From Candidatus Latescibacterota bacterium (GTDB lineage Bacteria > Latescibacterota > UBA2968 > UBA8231), in the NCBI GenBank assembly GCA_965215195.1, contig CBDCDC010000002.1:3008001-3072000 (forward strand): a DNA stretch of 64,000 bases, given 5' to 3'. Each line of letters begins with the position of its first letter. Within the stretch, counting starts at the first letter, position 1. Below, piece by piece: positions 9,277 to 19,607 of the stretch. The notes under the pieces are model-generated. The model searched no databases. It had not been told where the DNA came from and saw nothing but the letters and a program-made list of their open reading frames with translations. The translations under genes and the position numbers were made by a program.

Positions 9277-10158
9277 GTGATTCCATTGGTCAGCACCCTC
9301 TGTCAAGGCCCGCTAGGCGTGGCCCAGCTACCGCGTCTGTGGTGGAAAAACCGCCTCCACCAAGCCGGGCAGCTCGACGCAGACTACCCCTTTTGCAGCG
9401 GCGGTCTCGACAAATACGTGCTGGAGGTGCTGGGTCTCGACGAGGGCCGCGCCTTGCGCTTTTTGTGGGACCAGCGGCCTAGCTACCTACAATTCGAGGA
9501 GTGGGTGACCGCCGAAGGCACGTACGAGCCCACTCGCATCGTGCGTTGGAACAAGTCGCTGGTGCAGCGCACCCACTATATTCCGGCCAAAATCGACGAG
9601 ACCTATGGGGATATAGGCTGGTCGCCGGAGGAGACGACTGAAGTATCGGCCGTGCTGCTCAACTGCCTACAGGACTGGCACCTTTTCCACGGCCGCGTCT
9701 TCGCGCCCGGTGCTGCGGGCTTGCCCGGGCCTGTGGCCCCTACCCTCAGCAGCATTGACCGCGGCCCGTTGGGCATCTGCCAGTTACCGCGCACTTGGCT
9801 CAAGACCTGCCTGCGCGTCAAGGGCCTGCTGCATCTCGACTACCCAGACTGCGCCGAGGGCAGCCTCGACCAGCGCTGCTTGCAGACCTTGCAGGTGGAT
9901 CAGGACGCGGCCCTTGGGTTTCTCCGCGAGGAAATGCCGACGTATCTCGCATTCGAGGACTGGGTGCGACGAGAGGGTACTATCGAGGAAGAAGCGGTGG
10001 CGGCCTTCAATCAGCGCCTGCTCGAGCGCGATCACATTGCCGCCAAACAGGCCGAGATACACACTACCTTGCAGCGTCCCCCGACGTGGACTTCAGGGGT
10101 GTTGCTCAATCACTTGGAGGACTGGCACTACGCCCACGAGGGGTTGGTTGGGGGGTGA
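9277..10158 (+). CDS. Tandem DUF5069-like domain protein
   Basis: Two homologous halves (GPLGVAQLPRLWWK / GPLGICQLPRTWLK; LLNCLQDW / LLNHLEDW); AAGGAG RBS. Confidence 0.65.
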   Translation: MIPLVSTLCQGPLGVAQLPRLWWKNRLHQAGQLDADYPFCSGGLDKYVLEVLGLDEGRALRFLWDQRPSYLQFEEWVTAEGTYEPTRIVRWNKSLVQRTHYIPAKIDETYGDIGWSPEETTEVSAVLLNCLQDWHLFHGRVFAPGAAGLPGPVAPTLSSIDRGPLGICQLPRTWLKTCLRVKGLLHLDYPDCAEGSLDQRCLQTLQVDQDAALGFLREEMPTYLAFEDWVRREGTIEEEAVAAFNQRLLERDHIAAKQAEIHTTLQRPPTWTSGVLLNHLEDWHYAHEGLVGG

Positions 10159-10221
10159 AAACCGTTCACATACCGATTTGACCGTCGTGCAATATGAGGC
10201 GGTTGGGGAACGAGCAACCTT

Positions 10222-11661
10222 ATGCGACAACAGCGCACCATTTACTTTAACGACGCCCGGCACTACTACCTTTTTGCCTTTGAGCCGCCGATGGTGCTCG
10301 AAGACGCTTGGGTGCCCATAGACGAGGTCTCAGGGACGGGGGTGGATACTTTTGCCTACGGGGTCGAGCGCGGCGACGGGCTTTTTTATCCATCGCGGGT
10401 GGGGATGATGTTCGGAGCGGATATTCAGCCCTTTGAGCAGGCGGCCTATTGGCGCACTTGGCACAACATGCAGAGTCTGATCGAGCGCGGGCTCGACCCG
10501 CTGACGGTGCTCATCGACCGGGCACACGACCGCAACATGGACTTCTGGGCCAGCTTGCGGATGGCCTCTTACGGGAATATGAACCCGGCCCATAGGCTGG
10601 CCGACGGCGGTGGCGGGCTGGCACACGTAGAGGTGCGGGCGCACATCTTGCAAGTGGTTGAAGAGCTGGCGACCGAGTACGAAACCGATGGTATCGAGCT
10701 GGACTTTGCCCTGCCGGGCGGAGCACCGCGCATTTTGCGGGCGGAGGACGTGGAGGCGATGACGCCCATTTTGACCGACTACGTAGAGCAACTCGCCGAG
10801 CGGGTGCGCGGGCAGCGGTCAGGCGTGGTCGGAGCGCGGGTGTTGCCCACCGAGGAGATGAACCGGGCGCAGGGCTTGGACGTGCGGGCTTGGCTAGAGC
10901 GCGGGTTGGTGGATTTCTTGGTGCCGATGCGCTACGGCTACATGATCCTCGACGGGGACATGCCGATAGATTGGCTGGTTGAGGCAGCGCACGCGGCCGA
11001 CGCGGCCGTCTATGGGGTCTTGCAACCCTACATACACGACGAGTCGGTCGGGGCCGAGCGGGTCTGGGCCGCTCCGGCCCAGCTACGGGCGTCAGGGGCG
11101 AGCCTGCTGGACCGGGGCTGCGATGGCCTATACGCGTGGTTTATGCGCTGGCCCTTAGAAGACCGGGAGCGCAGCGCGCTAAGCGAGTTGGGCAGTCGGG
11201 AGCTGATGCAGGAGAAGGACAAGCACTACGTGCTGGCGCGGCGGGCAGCAGATGGGGAAAACCAGTACCCGGTGGCGCTGCCGGTGGAGATCGCCGCCAG
11301 CGACCGAGCGCAGCATACCATCCCCTTTTACTTGGCCGACGACGCGCAAGCAGGCCGCGTCAGTCAGGTCCTATTGCGGATCAAGATCGTCGATTTGGTC
11401 TCGGACGACCGCTTGGAGATCGCGCTCAACGGCCAGTCGCTGCAAGAAGAGACATGCCGCCGCGAGTACGGCTATAAGGTCGCTCCGTACCAGAGTATGT
11501 GGCTGGTTTTCGACTTGCAGCGGGTGCGGCCACAGCAGGGAGGGAACCGCTTGGAGATCGCGTTGGTGGGGCGGCCGGACGATTTGGTGAGTCCGCTGAA
11601 GGTCACAGATGTGGAAGTCGAAGTGAAGTACCATCCACTGCCGAGCGGGTTGCGTTCGTAG
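10222..11661 (+). CDS. Glycoside hydrolase-like (GHL10/DUF187-like) TIM-barrel protein
   Basis: IYFNDARH, YPSRVG, FWASLRM, YETDGIELDF, C-terminal beta-sandwich. Confidence 0.65.
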   Translation: MRQQRTIYFNDARHYYLFAFEPPMVLEDAWVPIDEVSGTGVDTFAYGVERGDGLFYPSRVGMMFGADIQPFEQAAYWRTWHNMQSLIERGLDPLTVLIDRAHDRNMDFWASLRMASYGNMNPAHRLADGGGGLAHVEVRAHILQVVEELATEYETDGIELDFALPGGAPRILRAEDVEAMTPILTDYVEQLAERVRGQRSGVVGARVLPTEEMNRAQGLDVRAWLERGLVDFLVPMRYGYMILDGDMPIDWLVEAAHAADAAVYGVLQPYIHDESVGAERVWAAPAQLRASGASLLDRGCDGLYAWFMRWPLEDRERSALSELGSRELMQEKDKHYVLARRAADGENQYPVALPVEIAASDRAQHTIPFYLADDAQAGRVSQVLLRIKIVDLVSDDRLEIALNGQSLQEETCRREYGYKVAPYQSMWLVFDLQRVRPQQGGNRLEIALVGRPDDLVSPLKVTDVEVEVKYHPLPSGLRS

Positions 11662-12024
11662 CAATGCGCTTCAAACAATCCGTTCCTCAACTCTCTAGCG
11701 ACACTTGCACCACCTCTGAGATCCGTTCTAGGCTTGCCGTGTGCCGCGCCAGCGGCGTTAGCTGATCTATCCATACGCTCACAGCAGATGTCAACGGGTG
11801 ATGACTTTGTACTGCTTCGGGTTGCCAGCCTCGATGTGGTATTTGGGGCGAGTTGGCGATGACGCGGTGGAAGATGCGGTCAGTGGTGGTCGTGGAGCGG
11901 CGGTGAATATGTCGGTGACACTTTTAGCATTCTCAGGGGTTAAGGTAGGTATAACGGCGGCAGCTTTTCCGAATAATGCCGGATTCCCAAGCTGGGTAAA
12001 AATTAAGCACGAGAAACATTGTCG

Positions 12025-14052
12025 ATGACGCTACAACCTAATTTTGCTTTTGATGACCCTGACTCTCGGACGCAAAGCGATGGGCTGGAAGTCGTTTATG
12101 CACGTGCCGAAAGAGTCGAGCGTTTTGACATGGACCTCTTCGGCGGCTTTTCGTCCATGCGTACCCTCACCTATACCCCAAGCATCCCGATGATCTTGGG
12201 ACTGCTGAGGGACTTCGATTACAATGATTTCGAGTGCATCTTTGGACACAATGGCATACTGACACGAGACGCTGCACATCTCTTGGCGTTCCAGACTGTC
12301 GTGGACGAAAAGCTGAACAAAGGTTTTGTGGGGATCGCGGGGCTGTCTGAGGAGCGCCGGGAAATCATCTACGATCGCGCTGCCAAAGGAACGGCGCGTT
12401 TCTTCGTAGTAAAAGACGCCATCGCCCACGCCAAAATTTATCTGCTAGAAAAAGAGGGACGCAGGCGCGTCATCGTCGGATCGGCCAACCTGTCCGAGAC
12501 CGCGTTTTCTGGCAGACAAGCTGAGACCCTGATCGCCTTTGACAACGACGATGAGGCTTGGACGCACTATTCCAACCAATACGAAGCGGTACGGGCCATC
12601 GCCACTAGCCGATTGGAACTTAGAGAGCGCCCCATCCCGGCCGAGCTAATGCCAATCGAAGAGACTCCGGTACTGAAGGAAGCCGATTCTAGTCCAAGCG
12701 AAATGACGCTATACGTTCCATCCGAACAGGAGACCGAAGCCGAGTACAGCATCCCGAAAGTTCTGTCGCAGGTGGAACGCATCACACCGGTCCGCCGGCA
12801 GGCCCTAGCGGATATTCGTCCTGACCGCAAGGGTAACGTCCGCTTCGAGTCGAGAATCGTCAAGCAGATGACCCGAATAGTGACATCGCGGCAGGAAGAT
12901 GATGGCCCTAAGACGTTCTTGTCTTATGACGGAAAAAGGTTCACCCTTTCGGGCAATGAGCTGAGTCTAGAGCCTGACCCTGCCGAGGTGCGAAGCGACG
13001 TAGCGGCATGGATGGAATTTTTTGGAAACTACGAAAACGGATTTGTGGGAGACGTTCCCATATTACAGCGCGATTACTACACGTTCATGTGCTGGTTCTA
13101 CTTTTCGCCACTGATGTGCGATTTGAGGAATAACGCTCTTCGAGAAGGCAACTTTAGCTTCGACCAGCCCATGTTCGCCGTGCTGTACGGCCAGAGCAAC
13201 TGCGGCAAGAGCAGCCTGATCGAAACGCTGATGAAGTCCATGTTCGCCTATCCTCGGATAGTGGAGACGCGGTACTTCACGCGCAGCAACCTGCGCGGTT
13301 TGCAGGAATCATACAAGCGGTTCCCCGTCGTGTTCGACGATGTGACCCGAGATCGCTTCAGCCGTCACGCACCGGAAATCATTAAGGACGAAACCATACA
13401 GTATCCCGAGTATCCATGCTTCGCGTTATCTATGAATGCAGAGGCTCGCAATTTCCCGTCTGAGATCATCAAGCGCTGTCTGATGATTTACACCCGAACG
13501 TCGCTGCCCGGCGACGACACCTCATCTCGCCGCCGTCTTCAGAGATCGGTGTCGAATATCCGCGAAAAGTTGACCACAGCCCTCTACCGGGAGTATCTGA
13601 GCAGGGTTCTGCACGCGATGAAATCCATCACGAGCGCAGAATACCAAGATGTGGACGTTCTATATCGATCCTCGTCGGTCCTGTGTCGTCTCTTTGAGGA
13701 GAATCTGTCGCCGGGTTCAAAACTGCCGGACTGGTGTACCCCCATGACTCTGGATGAGTACCAGAATCGCGCATTTGAACGACCCCGGTTGGTCTTGAAA
13801 AACCTCCTCCATCGCGACAAATACACCAAGGACCGCCGACCGCCCATAGGAAGTTGGACCATCTCGGGCGACTTGGTGATTGTTGGAGTGCAACCCATGG
13901 CGTCGAGTCAGATCAAAAACGACATACCCGACTGGATACTCGAAGACACCGCGAGCGTGAACGACCAGATTGCCATGAATCGCTATGAGCTTGAAAAATT
14001 CCTCGACCGGCCAGTTAAATCGCCGCGCCGTTTCTTCAACTTTTTGAGATAG
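12025..14052 (+). CDS. PLD-family (NgoFVII/BfiI-like) nuclease fused to a P-loop NTPase
   Basis: HAKIY...VIVGSANLS single HKD-type motif; Walker A GQSNCGKS; Walker B-like VVFDD. Confidence 0.75.
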   Translation: MTLQPNFAFDDPDSRTQSDGLEVVYARAERVERFDMDLFGGFSSMRTLTYTPSIPMILGLLRDFDYNDFECIFGHNGILTRDAAHLLAFQTVVDEKLNKGFVGIAGLSEERREIIYDRAAKGTARFFVVKDAIAHAKIYLLEKEGRRRVIVGSANLSETAFSGRQAETLIAFDNDDEAWTHYSNQYEAVRAIATSRLELRERPIPAELMPIEETPVLKEADSSPSEMTLYVPSEQETEAEYSIPKVLSQVERITPVRRQALADIRPDRKGNVRFESRIVKQMTRIVTSRQEDDGPKTFLSYDGKRFTLSGNELSLEPDPAEVRSDVAAWMEFFGNYENGFVGDVPILQRDYYTFMCWFYFSPLMCDLRNNALREGNFSFDQPMFAVLYGQSNCGKSSLIETLMKSMFAYPRIVETRYFTRSNLRGLQESYKRFPVVFDDVTRDRFSRHAPEIIKDETIQYPEYPCFALSMNAEARNFPSEIIKRCLMIYTRTSLPGDDTSSRRRLQRSVSNIREKLTTALYREYLSRVLHAMKSITSAEYQDVDVLYRSSSVLCRLFEENLSPGSKLPDWCTPMTLDEYQNRAFERPRLVLKNLLHRDKYTKDRRPPIGSWTISGDLVIVGVQPMASSQIKNDIPDWILEDTASVNDQIAMNRYELEKFLDRPVKSPRRFFNFLR

Positions 14053-14130
14053 CAATTCTACCAAAGGCTGTTGAAGGAGATTGACAATTCTCGCCCTTAA
14101 TTTGCCAACCCAAAACAGGAGGATTAAACC

Positions 14131-14754
14131 ATGAGAAAATGGGCACTTGCGCTAGCATTTGTCTTGCCGTCGTCGGCGCTAGCGCAGGGAACGGGCGATG
14201 TGCTGAACGAGGCACCGCTAATACCCATACCGCAGGACATGACTTACGAAGAGTACCGAGACATGAACCGCCGCATCTCCACCGGGTTGATGCGGAGCGC
14301 GATTCCGGTGCCGGGCATGATGCACTTTTACGCCGGGGAACCTAGGACGGGGAAGTGGCTTTTGGCCACGGGCCTTGCCGGCGTCGCCTCGATTATCGCT
14401 GGGGCGGCGCTTTGGGAAGAGGGCGAATTCGCGGATACGGATTTTGACGTCTTGGTAATCAACGCCGGGGACGAAGACAAAGAGCGCCGCTACGAAAAAA
14501 TTCCCGTTTCGCTAGAAGGCGAGACGCCCAAGTACCGCCTGCGCGAGCTCCAGCGCAATGGTGGGGTGGGCGGACCGCTCGTCGCGTTGGGCGCGATTGC
14601 CATTGCCGGCAGCGTGATCTACGACTTCTTACACGGCATCCAAGTGATTGAGGCCAAACGCGATCGGGTGCGGTTTAAGTACGGCAAGCGGCTCAAGCTG
14701 CAAGCGGGAGCGCGGACGGGGACGCCAAACGTGGTGCTGAGCTACGCATTCTGA
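14131..14754 (+). CDS. Exported/membrane hypothetical protein
   Basis: GGAGG RBS, signal peptide, IPVPGMMHFYAGE followed by two hydrophobic helices. Confidence 0.7.
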   Translation: MRKWALALAFVLPSSALAQGTGDVLNEAPLIPIPQDMTYEEYRDMNRRISTGLMRSAIPVPGMMHFYAGEPRTGKWLLATGLAGVASIIAGAALWEEGEFADTDFDVLVINAGDEDKERRYEKIPVSLEGETPKYRLRELQRNGGVGGPLVALGAIAIAGSVIYDFLHGIQVIEAKRDRVRFKYGKRLKLQAGARTGTPNVVLSYAF

Positions 14755-14808
14755 ACGCGCCAAGCGGCCCCGTCGGCGGGCGATGCAGAGCGCGGGCCTG
14801 CGTTCAGC

Positions 14809-15615
14809 TCAAAGCCGAGCGGTCACGTCCCGCAGGTGTGCGGCCGCCAAGCGCACGACCTCTTTGTCGTCGCAATCGTTGATGTCTTGGCCCTCAAAGA
14901 CGACGGAGAGCGGCCCGTTGTACCCGGCCTCGGCGAGGATGGGGACGATGCGCTCGTAGTCGATCCATTCCTCCTTGCCGCTGTCGATCTTGTAGAACTT
15001 GGCGCGGACGTGGGTGGCCAGATGGGCGGTCTGCTGCATGTAGGCGTAGATGTCGTGGTCTGGGTCGGGAATGCCGCGGTTGCGGGCCGGCGAACCGCAC
15101 CACTGGCCGGTGTCGAGCAGGAAGCTAAAGTTGGGCCGGTCGGTTTCCTCGATGATGCGCGTGACGTCGTCGCCGGTGGAGGGGTGATTTTGCAGGCCGA
15201 TGGCGATGCCTATTTCGCGGCCGTAGTCGGCTACTTCTTGGAAACAGCGGATTTCGCGGGTGCGCTCCGCCGGGTCGGCGAGGGGTTGGCCGCAGAACAA
15301 GCGAATCATGGGCGCACCCAAAATCAGCGCGATATCCATGTCGGCCTTGGCGGTGGCGACCTTGGCGCGCAACTCCTCGTCGCTGCCGACAAAGTGCCCA
15401 CCGGAAGCTAAATAGCCGATGGCAAGCCCCTTTTCGATGCAGGCCAGTTTGGTCTTGATGAGGTAGGAGACGTCTTCTGAGCTAAAGCCGCGGTCGCGGC
15501 GAAAGTCGATCAAATCGAGGCGGAGATCGTAGGCGTGGTCGATGTAACTTTCGATGCTTTGCAGAGTGGGCGGATCGTCTTTGCCGAACATGGAGGCGTA
15601 GAGGCCGATTTTCAC
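14809..15615 (-). CDS. Sugar phosphate isomerase/epimerase (xylose isomerase-like TIM barrel)
   Basis: GAPMIRLF, IGLQNH, LLDTG, HVRAK, GYNGPLSVVFEG; GTG start with AAAGGAG RBS. Confidence 0.85.
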   Translation of the reverse strand: MKIGLYASMFGKDDPPTLQSIESYIDHAYDLRLDLIDFRRDRGFSSEDVSYLIKTKLACIEKGLAIGYLASGGHFVGSDEELRAKVATAKADMDIALILGAPMIRLFCGQPLADPAERTREIRCFQEVADYGREIGIAIGLQNHPSTGDDVTRIIEETDRPNFSFLLDTGQWCGSPARNRGIPDPDHDIYAYMQQTAHLATHVRAKFYKIDSGKEEWIDYERIVPILAEAGYNGPLSVVFEGQDINDCDDKEVVRLAAAHLRDVTARL

Positions 15616-15718
15616 GATTGAGGCTCCTTTGGGGAAGGGAGGTGGGCTAGTTGCGGGGAGTGTACGGAATGGGGGAAGGTGCGGCAAGCGGAGAGCGCGG
15701 CTGAGCGAGGTGCGGTTC

Positions 15719-16600
15719 CTAGCGGTTAAAGAAGAAGTCCTCGGCCGTCTTACCGAGGATGTGCTCCTTGTCGCGTTGGCTGAGGAAATCGGCGTGGTCG
15801 CGGATTAGGGCGATTGCCGCGGCGAAGTCGGTGGCGGGATTTTTCATGCGGACGGGCCCACCGCTGTCGCTTTCCCACATGACGCGCTCGGGTCCAAAGG
15901 CATCGACGACGCGCTCGACGAGGGGCAGGAGGTCGAGGTAAGGGGCCTCGCCGTTGCCGAGGGCTTGGAACGGACCGAGCTTGACCATGACGCGCGGGTA
16001 GCGGGCCATGCTGCAAAGGGTGCGGATGTCGCGTTCGGGCCAGACGCCGTCGCGGATGCGCACCCCGCAGAGGTGGTCGAGGATGACTGGAGTTTCGGGA
16101 AAGCGGCGGCAGAGGCGGATCAAGCCGGGCAGGTCTGCGAGTCCCATGAGGAAGCTAAGGGCCAAATTGTGCTCGGCCCCGGTGCGGAACATCGACTCGT
16201 AGCCCGGATAGTTGAGCCAGCGATCCAGACGGCCAAAGGCGGTCGGCCGCCCGGTTTTGCCGCCACGCACGCGGAAGGCGCGAATGCCTCCTTCGGCCAA
16301 GGCGAGCATGGTCTTGCCCGGGTCGGCCAGCGACACATCGGAGACCCCGGGGACGATGCCGGTGCCCGTGTAGGTCTCGGGGTCCGAGGCGATCAGGTCG
16401 AGGATGTAGCGGTGATCGAGTCCGTACCAAGTCATCTGCACTAGGTTGAGGCGGACCTTGCCGACCTTGCGGCTATAGGCAAAGTGGTCGGCGGGCGTAA
16501 AAGAGGGCAGCCACAGGTCGGCGGGCGCAAAGCCCGGGGCCAGCGGATACTGGTCGAAGTCGGAGGACCAGACGTGGATATGGGCATCGACGATGTTCAC
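15719..16600 (-). CDS. Amidohydrolase family 2 protein
   Basis: IVDAHIHVW, VILDH, FGPERVMWESD. Confidence 0.9.
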   Translation of the reverse strand: MNIVDAHIHVWSSDFDQYPLAPGFAPADLWLPSFTPADHFAYSRKVGKVRLNLVQMTWYGLDHRYILDLIASDPETYTGTGIVPGVSDVSLADPGKTMLALAEGGIRAFRVRGGKTGRPTAFGRLDRWLNYPGYESMFRTGAEHNLALSFLMGLADLPGLIRLCRRFPETPVILDHLCGVRIRDGVWPERDIRTLCSMARYPRVMVKLGPFQALGNGEAPYLDLLPLVERVVDAFGPERVMWESDSGGPVRMKNPATDFAAAIALIRDHADFLSQRDKEHILGKTAEDFFFNR

Positions 16601-17502
16601 GGGCTGGCGCGGTAGGTCCGGCGCGCTTGGTCGAGGGTGGCGAGGACGTCCGCAGGAAGCTGGAGACAGGTGCCCTCGCGATTGGCGTTGACGTGCGCGG
16701 CGCTCTCGGCACCAGCGAGCACACAGGTAAGGCCCTGATGCAGGACCCAGGCGACGCAGATGGCGGCGCGGGAGGTGCCTAAGTTAGCGGCGACTTGGTC
16801 GATAGCGGCGACTAAAGCGGCGAGGGCGGGGTCGTTGGGCCGGATCAGCAGGCCGGTGTCCATTGGGCTGAAGGCTAGGCAGCCTAGTCCAGTGCGCCGC
16901 AGCAGGGGCAGCATTTCTTCCTCGTAGATCTCCACTCGCGAGCGCCCCGCTTCGTCGCAGTGGCTGCCGGCGATATTGTAGTAATCCTCCACGCCAGCGA
17001 TGGGGGCTAGGGCGAGAAAGGCTTCGACTTCGGCAGCGCGGTGGTTGGAGACGCCCCAATAGCGGGTCTTGCCGGCCTGCACCAGATCCTCCATGACCTC
17101 GGCGATGGCCTCCGGGGGCGTGTCGGGGTCGCGGTGGTGCAAGAAGTACAGGTCAACGCAATCGGTGCGCAGGCGGCGGAGACTTTCTTCGAGGCGGTCG
17201 GTGAGATGGGCGCGGGTGTAGCGGACGCGCGCTCCGTGGGCCAGCGAAGCAGGGACCTTGGTGCAGAGAACGACCTCGTCGCGCCGACCAGCGATCGCCC
17301 GCCCCAGCACCTCCTCGGCCCCACCCCAGCCGTAGGCTTGGGCCGTGTCAAAGAAGTTGATGCCGTGGTCCAAGCAGTGGTGGAGCACGGCGAGGGCCTC
17401 GGGGCTATCGGCGCGGGGCAGGTGGCGGAAGGCAGTGCCCTGGCACAAGCGCGAGACTTGGAGATCGGTCTGGCCGAAGAAGGCGCGGTCGCTAAGGTTC
17501 AT
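16597..17502 (-). CDS. Aldo/keto reductase
   Basis: GINFFDTAQAYGWG, SLRRLRTDCVDLYFLH, WGVSN. Confidence 0.9.
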   Translation of the reverse strand: MNLSDRAFFGQTDLQVSRLCQGTAFRHLPRADSPEALAVLHHCLDHGINFFDTAQAYGWGGAEEVLGRAIAGRRDEVVLCTKVPASLAHGARVRYTRAHLTDRLEESLRRLRTDCVDLYFLHHRDPDTPPEAIAEVMEDLVQAGKTRYWGVSNHRAAEVEAFLALAPIAGVEDYYNIAGSHCDEAGRSRVEIYEEEMLPLLRRTGLGCLAFSPMDTGLLIRPNDPALAALVAAIDQVAANLGTSRAAICVAWVLHQGLTCVLAGAESAAHVNANREGTCLQLPADVLATLDQARRTYRASP

Positions 17503-17506
17503 AATG

Positions 17507-18919
17507 CTAGCGCCGCGTCAGCAGGGCGACCGAGGGGCCGCTTCGGGGAGGAGCCAGTTGCACTAGGGTGCCGCCGTGGACGTCGGCGGCGGATGCCCAA
17601 GTGCTGGCGGCAATGTCGAGCCATTGGACCTCAAAGGTTTCTTCTGCCCCGGTCAGATCGAGGCCCACCGCGCCGCCATCGGTAAAGTAGAGCGCGTACT
17701 GGCGACCCGGGACGCGGCTGAGATAGGCCTCGTTGGCAGCGCGATCGCGCAGCAGGGCACTGTCGGAATCAGGCTCGGCGCGAAAAAAGTCGAAGACCTC
17801 GGCCAGCATGCGACCGCTGCGGATGTGGGCTTGGGCTTGCGTGCTCAGCCCGAGGCCGGAGGTAGGCCGGTGAAAGCGGCTGGAGGCCAAGCCGCCGATG
17901 AGGTTGCGCCAAAAGCACTCGGTGGCGTGGCGGTCGTCAATGCCGCGGTTTTTGTCCCGGTGCGTCTGGGCACCGTAGATCTTGGTCGAATTGATCGGCC
18001 GGGGCTGCGCGGCGATGTACTGCCACACCCACTGGGCATGGTCCCAATTGGTCTGCTCGCGCTGCCAGCTATTCTGCGAAATGTCGATAAAAGAATACAG
18101 CTCCGGGTGGTCGAAGGTAGCGCGATGCGTCTGCCCCCGCACGTCCCACTCGTCCCACATTTCGGTGGTTTCAACGGTCTTGCCCGCCTGCTGCGCCCGC
18201 TCCTTGATATAGTCGTTCCAATAGGCGCTCCACCCCGGGTCGCCGCTGGTCTCGTTGTCCATGCAGTAGAGCACGTGGTCGTAGGCGAGGGCATGTTTGA
18301 GAACTTGCTCGACAAAGGCCTGTTGGTAGAGCAACACGACTTGGTTGTTGCGCAGGGCGGGAACGGTAAAGAAAAAGGGCTGCCAGTTGCCGCCGGGGTG
18401 GGCGGGATAGTCCGTTTCGAGGCCCGATTCCTCGGCGGTGTAGTTGATGTTGTTGGCCGGATTGAAGGGGCCTTCTTGCCAATGTCTTTGGCTGTGGTCA
18501 AAGCGGTCCCACATTTCTATCTGGACGATGATGTCGCGCTCGGCGGTCCAGCGCAAAAAATCGGCAAAGCGCTGCCAATACGTCGGGTTCCAGCGGTCGA
18601 GGTCGTACAGGCCGTCAGCGCCTTGGTGGAAGGCTTTGATCTCGTAGCCGTAGAAGCGGCGGTCGCTCATGGTATTGCGCACGTAGTTGCCGCCGACCGC
18701 TTGCAGCAGGTCGAGATGCGCTTGGAGATCGGGTATTTGGAAGAGGCAATCTTTGACGGTGCCGCCGAGCAAGAGCACGGGCTGGCCTTTGTACTGCCAG
18801 TAGCGCGGATTGGCCGGGTAGGGTTGGATGCGGTCGGAATCGGCTTGGGCGTGGGTCATGGCGGCTAGGCTGGTGATGAGGATGGCTGGGAGGCAGCGAG
18901 AGAGACGTGCAGCTTTCAT
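17507..18919 (-). CDS. Secreted glycoside-hydrolase-like protein with a putative collagen-binding C-terminal domain
   Basis: Signal peptide; NPRYWQYKGQPVLLLGG, GGNYVRN, CMDNETS; C-terminal YALYF..VQWLD. Confidence 0.65.
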   Translation of the reverse strand: MKAARLSRCLPAILITSLAAMTHAQADSDRIQPYPANPRYWQYKGQPVLLLGGTVKDCLFQIPDLQAHLDLLQAVGGNYVRNTMSDRRFYGYEIKAFHQGADGLYDLDRWNPTYWQRFADFLRWTAERDIIVQIEMWDRFDHSQRHWQEGPFNPANNINYTAEESGLETDYPAHPGGNWQPFFFTVPALRNNQVVLLYQQAFVEQVLKHALAYDHVLYCMDNETSGDPGWSAYWNDYIKERAQQAGKTVETTEMWDEWDVRGQTHRATFDHPELYSFIDISQNSWQREQTNWDHAQWVWQYIAAQPRPINSTKIYGAQTHRDKNRGIDDRHATECFWRNLIGGLASSRFHRPTSGLGLSTQAQAHIRSGRMLAEVFDFFRAEPDSDSALLRDRAANEAYLSRVPGRQYALYFTDGGAVGLDLTGAEETFEVQWLDIAASTWASAADVHGGTLVQLAPPRSGPSVALLTRR

Positions 18920-19096
18920 AGTGGCATTTGGTCCTTGTCGTGCGGGGCGCGGTTAAATTGTTGGAGTGCGCCTCAATACGCGACCCCAAGGTTAAGTAGC
19001 CGTGCGGGTAGCTAAATATAAAGAAGACAGCGACATGGAGCATCTGCAACAGCTCTGCTTGAAATTTCGTCCCAATACGGCTATTATCCATGTAAA

Positions 19097-19531
19097 ATGA
19101 TAAAGGATATTAGCAAATTGCATGGATATTTACCGAGAAACGCAGAATCTGAGTTAAAGCGAGCCTTGGGGCGTTCCCCGGCCGTTGCAATCCTTGGTCC
19201 CCGCCAATGCGGTAAATCAACACTGGCTCGTCAATACTTGAAAGGACAGCGAGTGATCCATCTCGATTTACAGAACCGCATTGACCTCAACAGACTCGCC
19301 GAACCCGAACTCTTTCTCGAAAGACATCGCCAAGAACTGGTGTGCTTGGATGAGATTCAGCGCCTGCCGGAATTCTTTGCCGTATTGCGCTCCGAAATTG
19401 ATCGCGATCGGCGTCCGGGGCGCTTTTTGATTCTCGGCTCGGCATCGCGGGAGTTGATCCAGCAGTCGAGCGAATCGCTGGCTGGCCGCATCGTCTATCT
19501 CGACTTTGGTGGGGACGAGAGCGAGCGTTAA
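19097..19531 (+). pseudogene. Truncated AAA_14 (DUF4143-type) ATPase
   Basis: GPRQCGKST, LDEIQ, LGSAS, ESLAGR, then an abrupt stop at 144 aa (family members are about 400 aa). Confidence 0.8.
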
Positions 19532-19607
19532 TCTGAGGAGGCTTGTCGGCGCGGCGACTTTGCATTACCGTCGAGGCCGACCCTGTCCCCATTGCGAAAG
19601 GAACGCT

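Noticed and set aside
17576-18868. Long antisense ORFs (also 51604-52923, 27146-28102, 22291-23211)
   Set aside because: Shadow frames of well-supported genes in high-GC DNA, with no motifs
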